In this document: positions 26,070 to 37,598 of the stretch, one piece after another | Numbering within the stretch: position 1 is the first letter of the stretch | Layout: each line of letters begins with the position of its first letter | NCBI GenBank assembly: GCA_950097015.1 | Contig: CATNEN010000038.1 | Coordinates: 2,170,001 to 2,234,000, forward strand | From: Macrostomum hystrix | Taxonomy: Eukaryota > Animalia > Platyhelminthes | Reading direction: 5' to 3' | DNA: 64,000 nt | Program-made: the position numbers and the translations under genes | Notes under the pieces: model-generated | What the model saw: the letters and a program-made list of their open reading frames with translations, nothing else | What the model was told of the DNA's origin: nothing | Database searches by the model: none

Positions 26070-29000
26070 GGCAGCCAACCCCACCAATCCGCTGGGCGGA
26101 ACTCCCCAAGCGTGGAATGCCAATTCTCACCCCACCGGCCTCTGTCCAGTCTCTCCCGGTCTTCCAAGTACCTTCCTCTTCTTCCTCTCTTTTTTTCTAG
26201 TGTCGCCGAGCCCGCATGTCCAATTCGCTTTCGCCGTATCGCTCTCTCGCCGTGTGTCGCCCAATTGATATTCGGGGTGGATGACGTCAACGATAATTTC
26301 TGTCGCCCCTATCCACCCCCACCTCCTCCGCTGTCCTGCCGCAGCCCCAGATTCAGCTTCACTTGTTTTCCTCCCCAGTTACTCTAGTCTCAACAGGTGA
26401 ATGGTGAAGTCCCTGTTCCCCATCAGGTTTATTCTAGTTTCTTTCTCATGCTCTCAAAGTCGTATTCGCGTAGCTCAAAGTCTCTCGTGAGCGCAGCAGC
26501 AATTTCGAATTCCAATCCCCGATTTCTGTCCGTCTGTTTGGTTCGCTGAATAATTGCGAGAATGCCAGTCCTTGCGAACCGCCGCGGCATCTCCCAGTAG
26601 TCGACGGAATGCCCAGAGACCAAGAGGCGAGTCACGGCCAGTCGAGCGTCCTGTCACTCTGCGCCCGACTCTGCGGCGGCCGACGAACTAGTAGGAACTC
26701 AGAAAAAAATCTTCAGCAGCAGCAGCCGATGATTCGACATGCCAGTGAACTGCGAGTGAACAGCCTCAACAATGAATCCATTAAAGGAGGCAGCGATGAC
26801 GTAATAACGAATTCGCTCCCGGAAATTCGGCGCAGCGGAAAGACCTCCTCCCTGACGTCTTCTAGACGCGGATCTATGTACATTTTCAGGCACTCGGACG
26901 AGGTCATTGTGACGCCATTCGCCCAGGTGCTGCACACCCTGCGCTCAGTCTACGACGGTGTGAAGACCCTGACCGGAGCTGACAACTTGGGCGGCGTCGG
27001 GAACCACCGGGAATCGACTGTCACGATGACGGCCGGGTGAGTGGATCGGATTTGTGAATTGCTCGAATCAAATGGTTTAATTGGTGATCCTAAAATAATG
27101 TGTAGCAAAAGGAATTAAAAATAAGTAAAATGTAAAATGGGTGGGTGGTGGGACCACCTTGGATTCGGATATAGGCGTGACAAAGATGGATTTGGGTGGG
27201 GGTGGGACCACCTTGGATTCGGAGCGGGGCGCCACCAAGATGGATTTGGGTGGGGGTGGGACCACCTTGGATTCGGAGCGAGGAGCCACCAAGATGGATC
27301 TGGGTGGGGGTGGGACCACCTTGGATTCAGAGCGAGGAGCCACCAAGATGGATCTGGGTGAGGGTGGGACCACATAAGATTCGGATCGAGGCGTGACAAA
27401 GATGGATTTGGGTGGGGGTGGGACCACCTTGGATTCGGAGCGGGGCGCCACCAAGATGGATCTGGATGGAGGTGGGACCACCTTGTATTCGGAGCGAGGA
27501 GCCACCAAGATGGATCTGGGTGGGGGTGGGACCACCTTGGATTCAGAGCGAGGAGCCACCAAGATGGATCTGGGTAAGGGTGGGACCACATAAGATTCGG
27601 ATCGAGGCGTGACAAAGATGGATCTGGGTGGGGGTGGGACCACCTTGGATTTAGAGCGAGGAGCCACCAAGATGGATCTGGATGGGGGTGGGACCACATA
27701 AGATTCGGAGCGAGGCGTGACAAAGATGGATTTGGGTGGGGGTGGGACCACCTTGGATTCAGAGCGAGGAGCCACCAAGATGGATCTGGATGGGGGTGGG
27801 ACCACATAAGATTCGGATCGAGGCGTGACAAAGATGGATTTGGGTGGGGTGGGATCACATAAGATTCGGATCGAGGCGTGACAAAGATAGATCTGGGTGG
27901 GGTGGGACCACCTTGGATTCGGAGCGAGGAGCCACCCAGATGGATCTGGATGGGGGTGGGACCACATAAGATTCGGATCGAGGCGTGACAAAGATGGATT
28001 TGGGTGGGGGTGGGACCACCTTGGATTCGCAGGCTTCGGTATCCGATTATGGCAGGCCGTGGGCCATGCACTTTGACCTTATTGACTGCGCCTCTAATTA
28101 TAAAGCCGCAAAAGTTTTCTGCAGCAGTACCAAAAGCGGCGCTGTTCAAGCTAGTTTCCTGGAAAAAAAGTCTCCCTTGACCGGACCGTCGAATGAAGAA
28201 ACGGGCGATAAAAGCTATAATGCACTTTTTTCCCGGGCCTTGTCAAATAGCGTTTTTTATTCGCCTCGGGGCCTCGCGAGTAATTTGGGCGCTGCGGTTT
28301 CTAGGAATGAGATTCGGGCAGCATGCGGGAACTGCGCGATGGAAACCTGACGTACGATCGGGCGGAAAACGAAATGAAATGAAATTGCTAAGCTGCAATA
28401 TGAAAGAATAATAGCACTGCTATAAGCAATCCATTTTTATTAAGCTTCTTCTTTGACCATTTGTTCGAAGGAGCAAAAATTTTTCCCATTCAGATTTGTA
28501 GATTAGATTTCCCATTCAGGCTTGAATTGTGATTACCACTGAAACCCTGCCTCAAGTGTACTCTAGAAACTCAGGCTTATCACGTTAGACACACTTGTTA
28601 GACAGGCTTATCTCCTGTTAGACAGGCTTATCACCTGTTAGACAGGCTTATCTCCTGTTAGACAGGCTTATCACCTGTTAGACAGGCTTATCACCTGTTA
28701 GACAGGCTTATCACCTGTTAGACAGGCTTATCACCTGTTAGACAGGCTTATCTCCTGTTAGACACATCTCTTAGACAGGCTTATCACCTGTTAGACAGGC
28801 TTATCACCTGTTAGACAGGCTTATCACCTGTTAGACAGGCTTATCACCTGTTAGACAGGCTTATCACCTGTTAGACAGGCTTATCACCTGTTAGACAGGC
28901 TTATCACCTGTTAGACAGGCTTATCACCTGTTAGACAGGCTTATCTCCTGTTAGACACATCTCTTAGACAGGCTTATCTCCTGTTAGACACATCTCTTAG

Positions 29001-32000
29001 ACAGGCTTATCACCTGTTAGACAGGCTTATCACCTGTTAGACAGGCTTATCACCTGTTAGACAGGCTTATCACCTGTTAGACAGGCTTATCTCCTGTTAG
29101 ACACATCTCTTAGACAGGCTTATCTCCTGTTAGACACATCTCTTAGACAGGCTTATCACCTGTTAGACAGGCTTATCACCTGTTAGACAGGCTTATCACC
29201 TGTTAGACAGGCTTATCACCTGTTAGACAGGCTTATCTCCTGTTAGACACATCTCTTAGACAGGCTTATCTCCTGTTAGACACATCTCTTAGACAGGCTT
29301 ATCACCTGTTAGACAGGCTTATCACCTGTTAGACAGGCTTATCACCTGTTAGACAGGCTTATCACCTGTTAGACAGGCTTATCTCCTGTTAGACACATCT
29401 CTTAGACAGGCTTATCTCCTGTTAGACACATCTCTTAGACAGGCTTATCACCTGTTAGACAGGCTTATCATCTGTTAGACAGGCTTATCACCTGTTAGAC
29501 AGTCTTATCATCTGTTAGACAGGCTTATCTCCTGTTAGACAGGCTTATCTCCTGTTAGACACATCTCTTAGACAGGCTTATCACCTGTTAGACAGGCTTA
29601 TCACCTGTTAGACAGGCTTATCACCTGTTAGACAGGCTTTTCACCTGTTAGACAGGCTTATCACCTGTTTTACAGGCTTATCATCTGTTAGACAGGCTTA
29701 TCACCTGTTAGACAGGCTTATCACCTGTTAGACAGGCTTATCACTCGAGAGTGTCCCTATATTGTCTATAATGCGACTCGTATGCTACGATCGTACCAAG
29801 TTTTGGGAGTCAAATCAAATCCTTAATGGATTGAGGCAGGGAAGACATCTGAGATTAGGACGAAAAGTGTTGAGCCCGGATTAACTAATTAACAATGTGC
29901 TAAAATGCAATGAAATTTGCAATGCAATCAGCTAATCAGAAATAATAAAAACGTGTTTTTTCGATGCCTGCATGTTTTCCCTAATTAATTTCTCAGTAAT
30001 TTTCCCACTCGAATATGCAAGATTTCAGTCACGAAAAAAGACTTAAAAACTAAACTGAATTTATGAAGCCTGATTGCGTGCCTCGAGGAATTACCGATTA
30101 AGAAATGGATTTGGGTAGTGGGGTAGGATTCGGTGAGGTGGTACGCTCGTATGTACCAGAGGCAAGTGAACAGAATGCGCTAATGAGACGCCTCTCTCAC
30201 ACGAAACCACCGAAATTAGTTTTACCCGGTCATCAGTTATTTTCACCTTCTTCAACACCTTCTGACCGCCCATTCACCTTTGCAGGTTATCCAAGGTATC
30301 GGCTTCTATATCCTCCGGGGCTGCCAACGGTGTGTTGCCACTGTTTTTTTCTGCCCTCCAGACTTCTACTAGTTCTAGCTCTTTAGCATAGAAAAGTACA
30401 GATATTGTCAGCGTTATTTGACAGGCGAGTTAATGACAAAGCGAAGCCGACCTGTCCGTTTCAGACGATGAAGATTTTAGCCAACTGGCCAACAAGACTC
30501 TGAAAGATTTGGAGTGGTGCCTGGACCAGCTGGAGACGATTCAGACTCACCGGTCCGTGGCCGACATGGCTTCGAGCAAGGTTTGAGCTGCTGGCTGGGT
30601 GAGATAAGATGGGGTGAGATGAGAAGGTTGAGATGGGATGGGGTGAGATGAGATGGGGTGAGATGGGATGGGGTGAGATGAGATGGGGTGAAACGGGATG
30701 AGGTGAGATGAGAAGGCTGAGATGGGATGGGGTTAGATGGGATGGCATGAGATAGGGGAATGTCTGACGGGATGGAATGATATTTTATGGAGTGAGATGT
30801 AGTGAATAAAGAAGGAACGAGGTGGATGGGTGCGATGGAATGGGAGAGACGGTATGTGATGAGATGCTAATCTCCAAGCAACTGCTGCAGTTTAAGCGGC
30901 TGCTCAACATGGAACTGGAGCGCATGAGCGGCGGCAGATCGCAGTCGCATCAGATAGAAAACTACATCAAGTCCACCTTCCTAGGTAAGTACATTGATGT
31001 CCTGTGATTCTAGAACTTTGTCTAGCGTCTAACAAACCGGCCAACTCCTAGTTTGTTGTCGAGTTCATTAGCTGCAGTCCCAGGCACAAATGGGCGGTGC
31101 ACAGCGAGGCCTCGTTACTTTGGGGCTTGTTGAGCAGTCGGCGTACATGAGCGTCCACCACCCCATCATTAGTCCACAGAAAGCAGCTTGCGAAAGGAAA
31201 CGTGTTTTCGAAAGAGAATTAAAACTCGATTAGTTAATAAGGAAATTTTCGTGACCTCAAAGTTTATTCGCAACCCGCCTCATGTTGCACTGAGGCTCAG
31301 ATTTTTCGATTTGGCTTGCAAAAACAAAAATATCAATTCGACTAATGAAACTTTTGAGCTCGCTCAGAATAATTTCATCGGTCAATCTTCTCAGACATCG
31401 ACGACAATGCCACGCCGTCGTCAACAGCGTCGGCAGCAGCCGCCGCCGCAGCAGCAGCAACAGCGGCAGCCAGGTGTGCACAGTCGACAATGACTCAGGT
31501 CCAGGTGTCAGCCGCAGACGCAGCGGCCATGGAATCTGCCGGCTATCTGTCACTCGAAGATGCGAAGCGCCTGCCGTTGCCACCGAAATTCGGCGTGGAA
31601 ACGCCTCGGCTGGCTGAGCTGAGCGCATTGTTCGAGACTGGTCTGGACCTCTGGGGTGTGGACATATTTCTAATAGACGAGTTGGCCTGCCAGAAACCGC
31701 TCACTGCAGTCGTGTATGCAATTTTTGAGGTGAGCAAACAACTACCGCCCACTATATGCAGTGGCATAGGTTTATGAGTTGTCCAGATAGCTCAGGTGGA
31801 TGAAGCCATTTAGTTCTGTCGTGCGCTCTGTGCGCGTGTCGTTCCAAACATTTGACATTGACATGGCAGGCAGTTTGGTCGACCTTGTTAACAGGGGTAT
31901 TTCAAATACCCACTGCCTACTTCACGATAGCAAAAGTCACTGATTGACCAATTTTCGTGAAATTCCACCATCTGAATCTTAATTTTCCACTCTTTACGAA

Positions 32001-35000
32001 ACTAACTTTCAAAGCCGTCAAAGTCAGCATCGTCGAGATTGTTCAGCGGTTCTTGTCAAAGATCCTGGTGACAAGGGTTGTGACAAGACAGCTACGAGTA
32101 GCATTGTTCTGTAAAATCCTCTATGGCGAATCCACATTGTTTGAAAAATGAAAAAATCTACAATTTAACCAATCCAATATTAATCAACAATAATAGCCGA
32201 TATGGTCACATGATGACATTTTGTGAGTAGATTTTGTGTACCGATATTTGTTGTTCTTGTCATGAGACACGCCGACGAGGCGAAAATCGTTAAATTCTAG
32301 CTCGTATTTTGCAAGATACAGAAAAAAAATGTAGGCGTTTGAAAATAGCCCCGAGATCTTCCTACTGTTAATCCCAACGCACGCAATTCAGAAGCGGGAC
32401 TTCTTCAACAAGTTCCGGGTTCATCCGGCAGTGCTAGTGCAGTACTTCAGCCAAGTTGAGCAGCATTACAAGAAGGAGAACCCCTACCACAATGCCATCC
32501 ATGCTGCTGACGTCACTCAGAGCACTCACGTGCTGCTCAACTCGCCCTCCATCGGCAACGTCTTCACCGAGGTTGAAATTCTGGCCAGCATCTTCGCCTG
32601 TGCCATTCACGATGTCAACCACCCGGGCGTGACGAACCAGTTCCTTATCAACACAGGTGAGAACATTGCATTAGATCTATTTTAGTCATCGATCAGCATA
32701 CCAGCAAAATTAATTCGCTGAATATCCTAATAAAGTTGCTCAGTCAAGAGCGAGCCGCGAGGTCACTTTTCAGCTTGTTCACGACCGCACAAAACAGATT
32801 CGGGCTTAAATTTGTAGAGAGCGAGCTGGCCATCATGTACAACGACATGAGCGTTCTGGAAAATCACCACTGCGCCGTGGCCTTCAAGCTGCTCCAGGAG
32901 CCCAACAGCAACATTTTCGCCGGCCTGGAAGATCAGCAGCGTCGACAGCTGCGTAAGATGGTCATCGACATGGTTCTGGCAACGGACATGAGCAAGCACA
33001 TGTCTCTGCTGGCCGACCTCAAGACCATGGTCGAGACCAAGAAGGTCGCCGGCGGCTGCCTTCTGAAGCTGGACAACTACAGCGAGAAGATGCAGATCAT
33101 GCAGAACATGGTGCATTGTGCGGACCTTAGCAACCCGGCCAAGCCGCTGCCACTCTCCACGCAGTGGGTCACGAGAGTCATGCAGGAGTTCTTCAACCAG
33201 GGCGACAAGGAGAAGGCTCTCGGCCTGCCCGTCAGCCCCATGTGCTGCCGCGAGACAGCCAATGTTGAGAAGTCTCAGGTAAATTAAGGATAGCGAGTGA
33301 AACCTCTTTCAATAAGTCTCTCCATGTCGCGACTTTCGTCTCTGCCTTCTGTCCTCTATTCACTCTTTCGTTCTCTGCACTTTTCTTGTTTACATCGTCC
33401 AGTTCAATCTAGTTCTTTCTCTCTCGTTATCTCTGCGGCTGATCTCTCATTCTCTATCCTTTCTTTCTTTCCTCCTCTCTGATTGGTCCGCCGCTCACGT
33501 TCTAGCCTCCTCTCCTACCCTCAGTCGCGCACTCTTGTTATCGTACCGCCAACCCCCCTTCCTTATCGCTCTGTTAAACTTAAATATATTTTGACTCTCG
33601 GCCTGAATTGGCTCACAGCCGTATGAACGGGTTCTTACTGCGAGGACTCAATTTGTAGCTTAGAAATCAAGACACTCCAGAACTTCTGCTTAGCATCACA
33701 GCTCACCTCCCTCTTCCAATCCAAAGACGTCCTTCACAGAACCGCCTTCTGCTTAGCATCACAGCTCACCACCCTCTTCCAATCCAAAGACGTCCTTCAC
33801 AGAACCGCCTTCTGCTTAGCATCACAGCTCACCACCCTCTTCCAATCCAAAGACGTCCTTCACAGAACCGCCTTCTGCTTAGCATCACAGCTCACCACCT
33901 CTTCCAATCCAAAGACGTCCTTCACAGAACCGCCTTCTGCTTAGCATCACAGCTCACCACCTCTTCCAATCCAAAGACGTCCTTCACAGAACCGCCTTCT
34001 GCTTAGCATCACAGCTCACCACCTCTTCCAATCCAAAGACGTCCTTCACAGAACCGCCTTCTGCTTAGCATCACAGCTCACCACCTCTTCCAATCTAAAG
34101 ACGTCCTTCACAGAACCGCCTTCTGCTTAGCATCACAGCTCACCTCCCTCTTCCAATCCAAAGACGTCCTTCACAGAACCGCCTTCTGCTTAGCATCACA
34201 GCTCACCACCTCTTCCAATCCAAAGACGTCCTTCACAGAACCGCCTTCTGCTTAGCATCACAGCTCACCACCTCTTCCAATCCAAAGACGTCCTTCACAG
34301 AACCGCCTTCTGCTTAGCATCACAGCTCACCTCCCTCTTCCAATCCAAAGACGTCCTTCACAGAACCGCCTTCTGCTTAGCATCACAGCTCACCACCCTC
34401 TTCCAATCCAAAGACGTCCTTCACAGAACCGCCTTCTGCTTAGCATCACAGCTCACCACCCTCTACCAATCCAAAGATGTCCTTCACAGAACCGCCTTCT
34501 GCTTAGCATCACAGCTCACCACCCTCTTCCAATCCAAAGACGTCCTTCACAGAACCGCCTTCTGCTTAGCATCACAGCTCACCACCCTCTTCCAATCCAA
34601 AGACGTCCTTCACAGAACCGCCTTCTGCTTAGCATCACAGCTCACCACCTCTTCCAATCCAAAGACGTCCTTCACAGAACCGCCTTCTGCTTAGCATCAC
34701 AGCTCACCACCTCTTCCAATCCAAAGACGTCCTTCACAGAACCGCCTTCTGCTTAGCATCACAGCTCACCACCTCTTCCAATCCAAAGATGTCCTTCATT
34801 GACTTCATTGTGCATCCGCTGTGGGAGGCCTGGACTGAGCTGGTGCACCCGGACGCCGAGTACATCCTCAACACTCTGGAGCAGAATCGGGATCATTACT
34901 GCGAGCTGAGCGCCGCCAAAGAGGCGGAAGCGGTTCGCGAGGTCGAAGAGGAAAGCCTGGAAGAGGAGGCGGTGGACAGACAGCGCTGCGGCCAGTTGGG

Positions 35001-35016
35001 CACAATGGCGGCATAG
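24931..35016 (+). CDS. PDE4: cAMP-specific 3',5'-cyclic phosphodiesterase 4 (dunce/PDE4-like), common exons
   Basis: Deduced GT-AG exons: 24931-25086 (FDEN...[28 protein letters not shown]1 with PKA site), 26890-27036 ([20 protein letters not shown]), ~30442-30580 ([27 protein letters not shown]2; acceptor could be 30465 for some isoforms), 30891-30984 (FKRLLNMEL), 31395-31729, 32392-32656 ([17 protein letters not shown]), 32818-33278 ([30 protein letters not shown]), 34789-35016 ([15 protein letters not shown], stop). Phases are consistent across junctions. Confidence 0.95.
25270..25775. repeat. 14-bp minisatellite (CTCTTATCTAATCT)
   Basis: Direct inspection. Confidence 0.95.
26034..26068. 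repeat. (CAG)n trinucleotide run
   Basis: Direct inspection. Confidence 0.9.
27136..28030. repeat. ~54-57-bp G-rich composite minisatellite (AAGATGGATCTGGGTGGGGGTGGGACCAC...)
   Basis: Direct inspection; two alternating sub-variants. Confidence 0.93.
28572..29745. repeat. 20-bp minisatellite (CTGTTAGACAGGCTTATCAC)
   Basis: Direct inspection; periodic ACACATCTCTTAG insertion variant. Confidence 0.96.
30598..30750. repeat. (GAGAT/GGGAT/GGGGT) pentamer-based repeat
   Basis: Direct inspection; follows the 30580 donor. Confidence 0.8.
31892..32353. mobile_element. Possible degenerate MITE in PDE4 intron
   Basis: CAGGGGTATTTCAAA at the left and TTTGAAAATAGCCCCG at the right form imperfect terminal inverted repeats; no clear TSD. 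Confidence 0.3.
33619..33662 (+). other. Spliced-leader-exon-like sequence (degenerate) in PDE4 last intron
   Basis: CCGTATGAACGGGTTCTTACTGCGAGGACTCAATTTGTAGCTTA matches 34/44 positions, ungapped, to the Macrostomum lignano SL exon as I recall it (CCGTAAAGACGGTCTCTTACTGCGAAGACTCAATTTATTGCATG). It lacks the terminal ATG, the GT donor and an evident Sm site. Confidence 0.55.
33676..34798. repeat. 62/63-bp minisatellite, 18 copies, overlapping the PDE4 last-exon acceptor
   Basis: Unit CAGAACCGCCTTCTGCTTAGCATCACAGCTCACCAC(C)CTCTTCCAATCCAAAGACGTCCTTCA; the last copy supplies AAG|ATGTCCTTCA at 34788/34789. Confidence 0.97.
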
Positions 35017-35565
35017 ACGCAAATCTGACTTTTACACAGAGGTCCATCGTATCAGTGCGCACGGTGGAAATCCGGTAAGTTTGCTCAGGCCAACCCTGTC
35101 AAGGGTTCCAACTTACTACTGGATAGTAGTAAATTGATTTTATAGTCAATTGCATATGCATACACATTATCATTAAACTTAGGCCATTCCACACAACTGA
35201 AGTTCACCAGCTGAATGTCAGCGAGCGTAATGAGTCATTCGGCTGTATATGGACTTCTCTCAAAAAAGAAAAGCAAACGTAGCAGCTGATCACAAACATT
35301 GTGTTGGTTCTCATTGTTCTGCAGTCTTGTTATTTTATTATGATTAGTTTTCTGTTTTAAAGTTTGCTGCTTAATTCTTTCGTGCTTCTGTCCCAGCGCA
35401 TTATCTTAGTCAAGCGGAGATGAAATTATTTTGTTTTTTCTCTAGTTGAAATGCGTTCTCTTTTGAATTTCGATTTATGCTATTTATAAGATTTCATCAA
35501 GGGTGTCAAGTACATATCTAGCAATAAGGCATTTTAGTCGATTCAATTCCTGAAGATCAAACGAA

Positions 35566-35750
35566 GCTCACAGTCCTTGAGCAAGATACTTCACTCTCTT
35601 GTGCTTCTCTACAACCAGATCTAAAATGGGAACTACCAGCACCAGCTGCAGGTAGAAATGTTGGTCGGTGCGGTCCCCAGTCCATAGACTGAACAGCTGT
35701 ACACAGTCTTTGAATTCGCAGTGCCATATCTGTGGCTGTACATCTGGCCA
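35566..35750 (+). mobile_element. SINE family A copy (5'-truncated)
   Basis: GTCCTTGAGCAAGATACTTCACTCTC...CCCCAGTCCATAGACTGAACAGCTGTAC...ACATCTGGCC aligns with the reverse complement of 1213-1395. Confidence 0.65.
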
Positions 35751-37598
35751 AAATGACTATTCTACATCATTTAACAAATAAGGATGAATAAAAATATACC
35801 ACTCGAGCAAAGCTGCAGCACAGCACATTGTTTTCTAACATTGTTAATAGGATTCTCATGGACTCTCTCTCTATTCTATTTGCAGGGGGGCCCGGGGCAC
35901 TTGTCGCACAAGCGACGGAGCGGCACGCCCCCAGACCGGCGAACTAGGCGCTTTTGCGCCCATCGCGCCGCCTCCCCTGAGCAGGCACCACACACAGCAG
36001 CACAGACCAGCCGGGGAGGGCAGGAGGCACCCAGAATAGGCAGCAGTGTCCCCCAACCCCAGCCCCACACGCACATAGCAGACCAAGCCGGGGCGGAAGG
36101 TTGATAAGAAATCAGTCCTCAGGGGGGCGGGTGATGAGTGTACACTTATCCAATCGCGCTGACGGAAGTACAGAAAGCGCGTGGCGGTGTACACCCGCCC
36201 TCCAGCCACCCCCCGCAAGGTCTCACGCCCCAGCGCCAACGCACACAACTCACACAACGCAGAACAGGCACACAGAAAGGTAGGAGCGAAGCTATTATTT
36301 CAAGCTTTGATTGCACGAAATATGGTGCACCTTCGCCGGTCGCTACTGTCCAAACCCCCCAACAAGTCCCGAAATTAATCGTGACTTGAAGGGTGAATCG
36401 AACTAGCGTCCTTTGGAGTGCGAGGCAGCGACGTTAGCCGCTGACCCACTCGCCCTCTCATGGGCTCAGTTGGTTGGTCAGTTGGCATAAATATGTAATT
36501 TGCATAATTGCTTTTAGATTTGCCTAAAATTGTGAACTCTCATTAATTAGGCTTTACCAACTGCTTCTGTCAAAACTGTTGAAACTGTCTGTTCCCAATT
36601 TGTTTTTGTCAGAAACCAAAATGAATGTCGAAAGAGTTTTTTAATGTCAGAAGTATTTTTCTTGGAATGCTTAAATTGTTCGCCTAGAGAACTAAATGCA
36701 AAGTTTTATTTTAAACACAGAAATGCTTTTACTTCTTTGTTCGTTGAATTTGTCTTTTTAATATCGTACAGCTTTACTTAGTTTGCGAGCGACTCAACCA
36801 AAAGGTCATATAAGGTCATATACTTAGGATTATAACAAAAAAGACTATTATAATTTACCTTTTGCCACTGATCAATCTGTTTTCAGAATTGATGATTTAA
36901 CTGTTGCTACACATAGATCGTGTTTATGGATGTGTATTTTTCTCTTCAAAAGTGAGTACAATAGGTCATATTCTATCCAAAATCTATTGATCGATCTTCT
37001 AGAACTGTAGAGCATTTTTAGATGACGAGGTAAGAGGTATTTTCTAGACCTAGCTCAAATGCGAGCGTGTTGTCAAAATAATTCTATCTAGGCGTTTGGA
37101 TTGCGTTTCCGCTGATATTTTAAACTACTTTTTTATTTTTACGTCTTCTAATACTCATAATTGCGTTATTGAAGACTCAAGTCCTGGAAAACGTCTTGGA
37201 AAACGTCTTGGAAAACGTCTTGTTCGAGTGCCACTGCAATTCTCATTTTAAATGTTATCTTAACTGATCCGACAAACAAACGAGTGAATAGCATTGTTGT
37301 CAAGCAAATCATATTGATTGACGGGCTACCTTTGTAATAAGCCGTCGTCAAAAATTGCAATCCACGTCAAGTCCTCTTAAAAGAATAATAAATGAAGTGT
37401 GAATATAATTTGTTGTTAAAATAAAATCATCGATGCATAGATGAGTCATCTTTTGTTTTTCTAATATTTATTTTTGACGTTGATAAAAACAAGGGCTGTA
37501 TATTGTTAAAGATATAAAAGTACTTTTTTCGTACATTCGTACTTGTTCATCATCAATCGCGTGCTAAATTAACTGTGACGAGTCCGTAAAACTCTAGT

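Noticed and set aside
25802-26387. CAG-containing ORFs as a separate gene or PDE4 exon
   Set aside because: Several overlapping low-complexity frames, no convincing frame-compatible donor and no recognisable motif; may be UTR of an internal PDE4 promoter.
33619-33720. Functional SL RNA gene
   Set aside because: No terminal ATG, no GT donor and no evident Sm-binding site after the SL-like exon; reported only as a degenerate copy.
19476-34798. CRISPR-like appearance of the 43-, 49- and 62/63-bp arrays
   Set aside because: Units are head-to-tail with no unique spacers, there are no cas genes, and the context is eukaryotic introns.
35784-36389. GC-rich ORF cluster downstream of PDE4
   Set aside because: No recognisable domain or consistent splice structure; likely a repeat remnant or non-coding.
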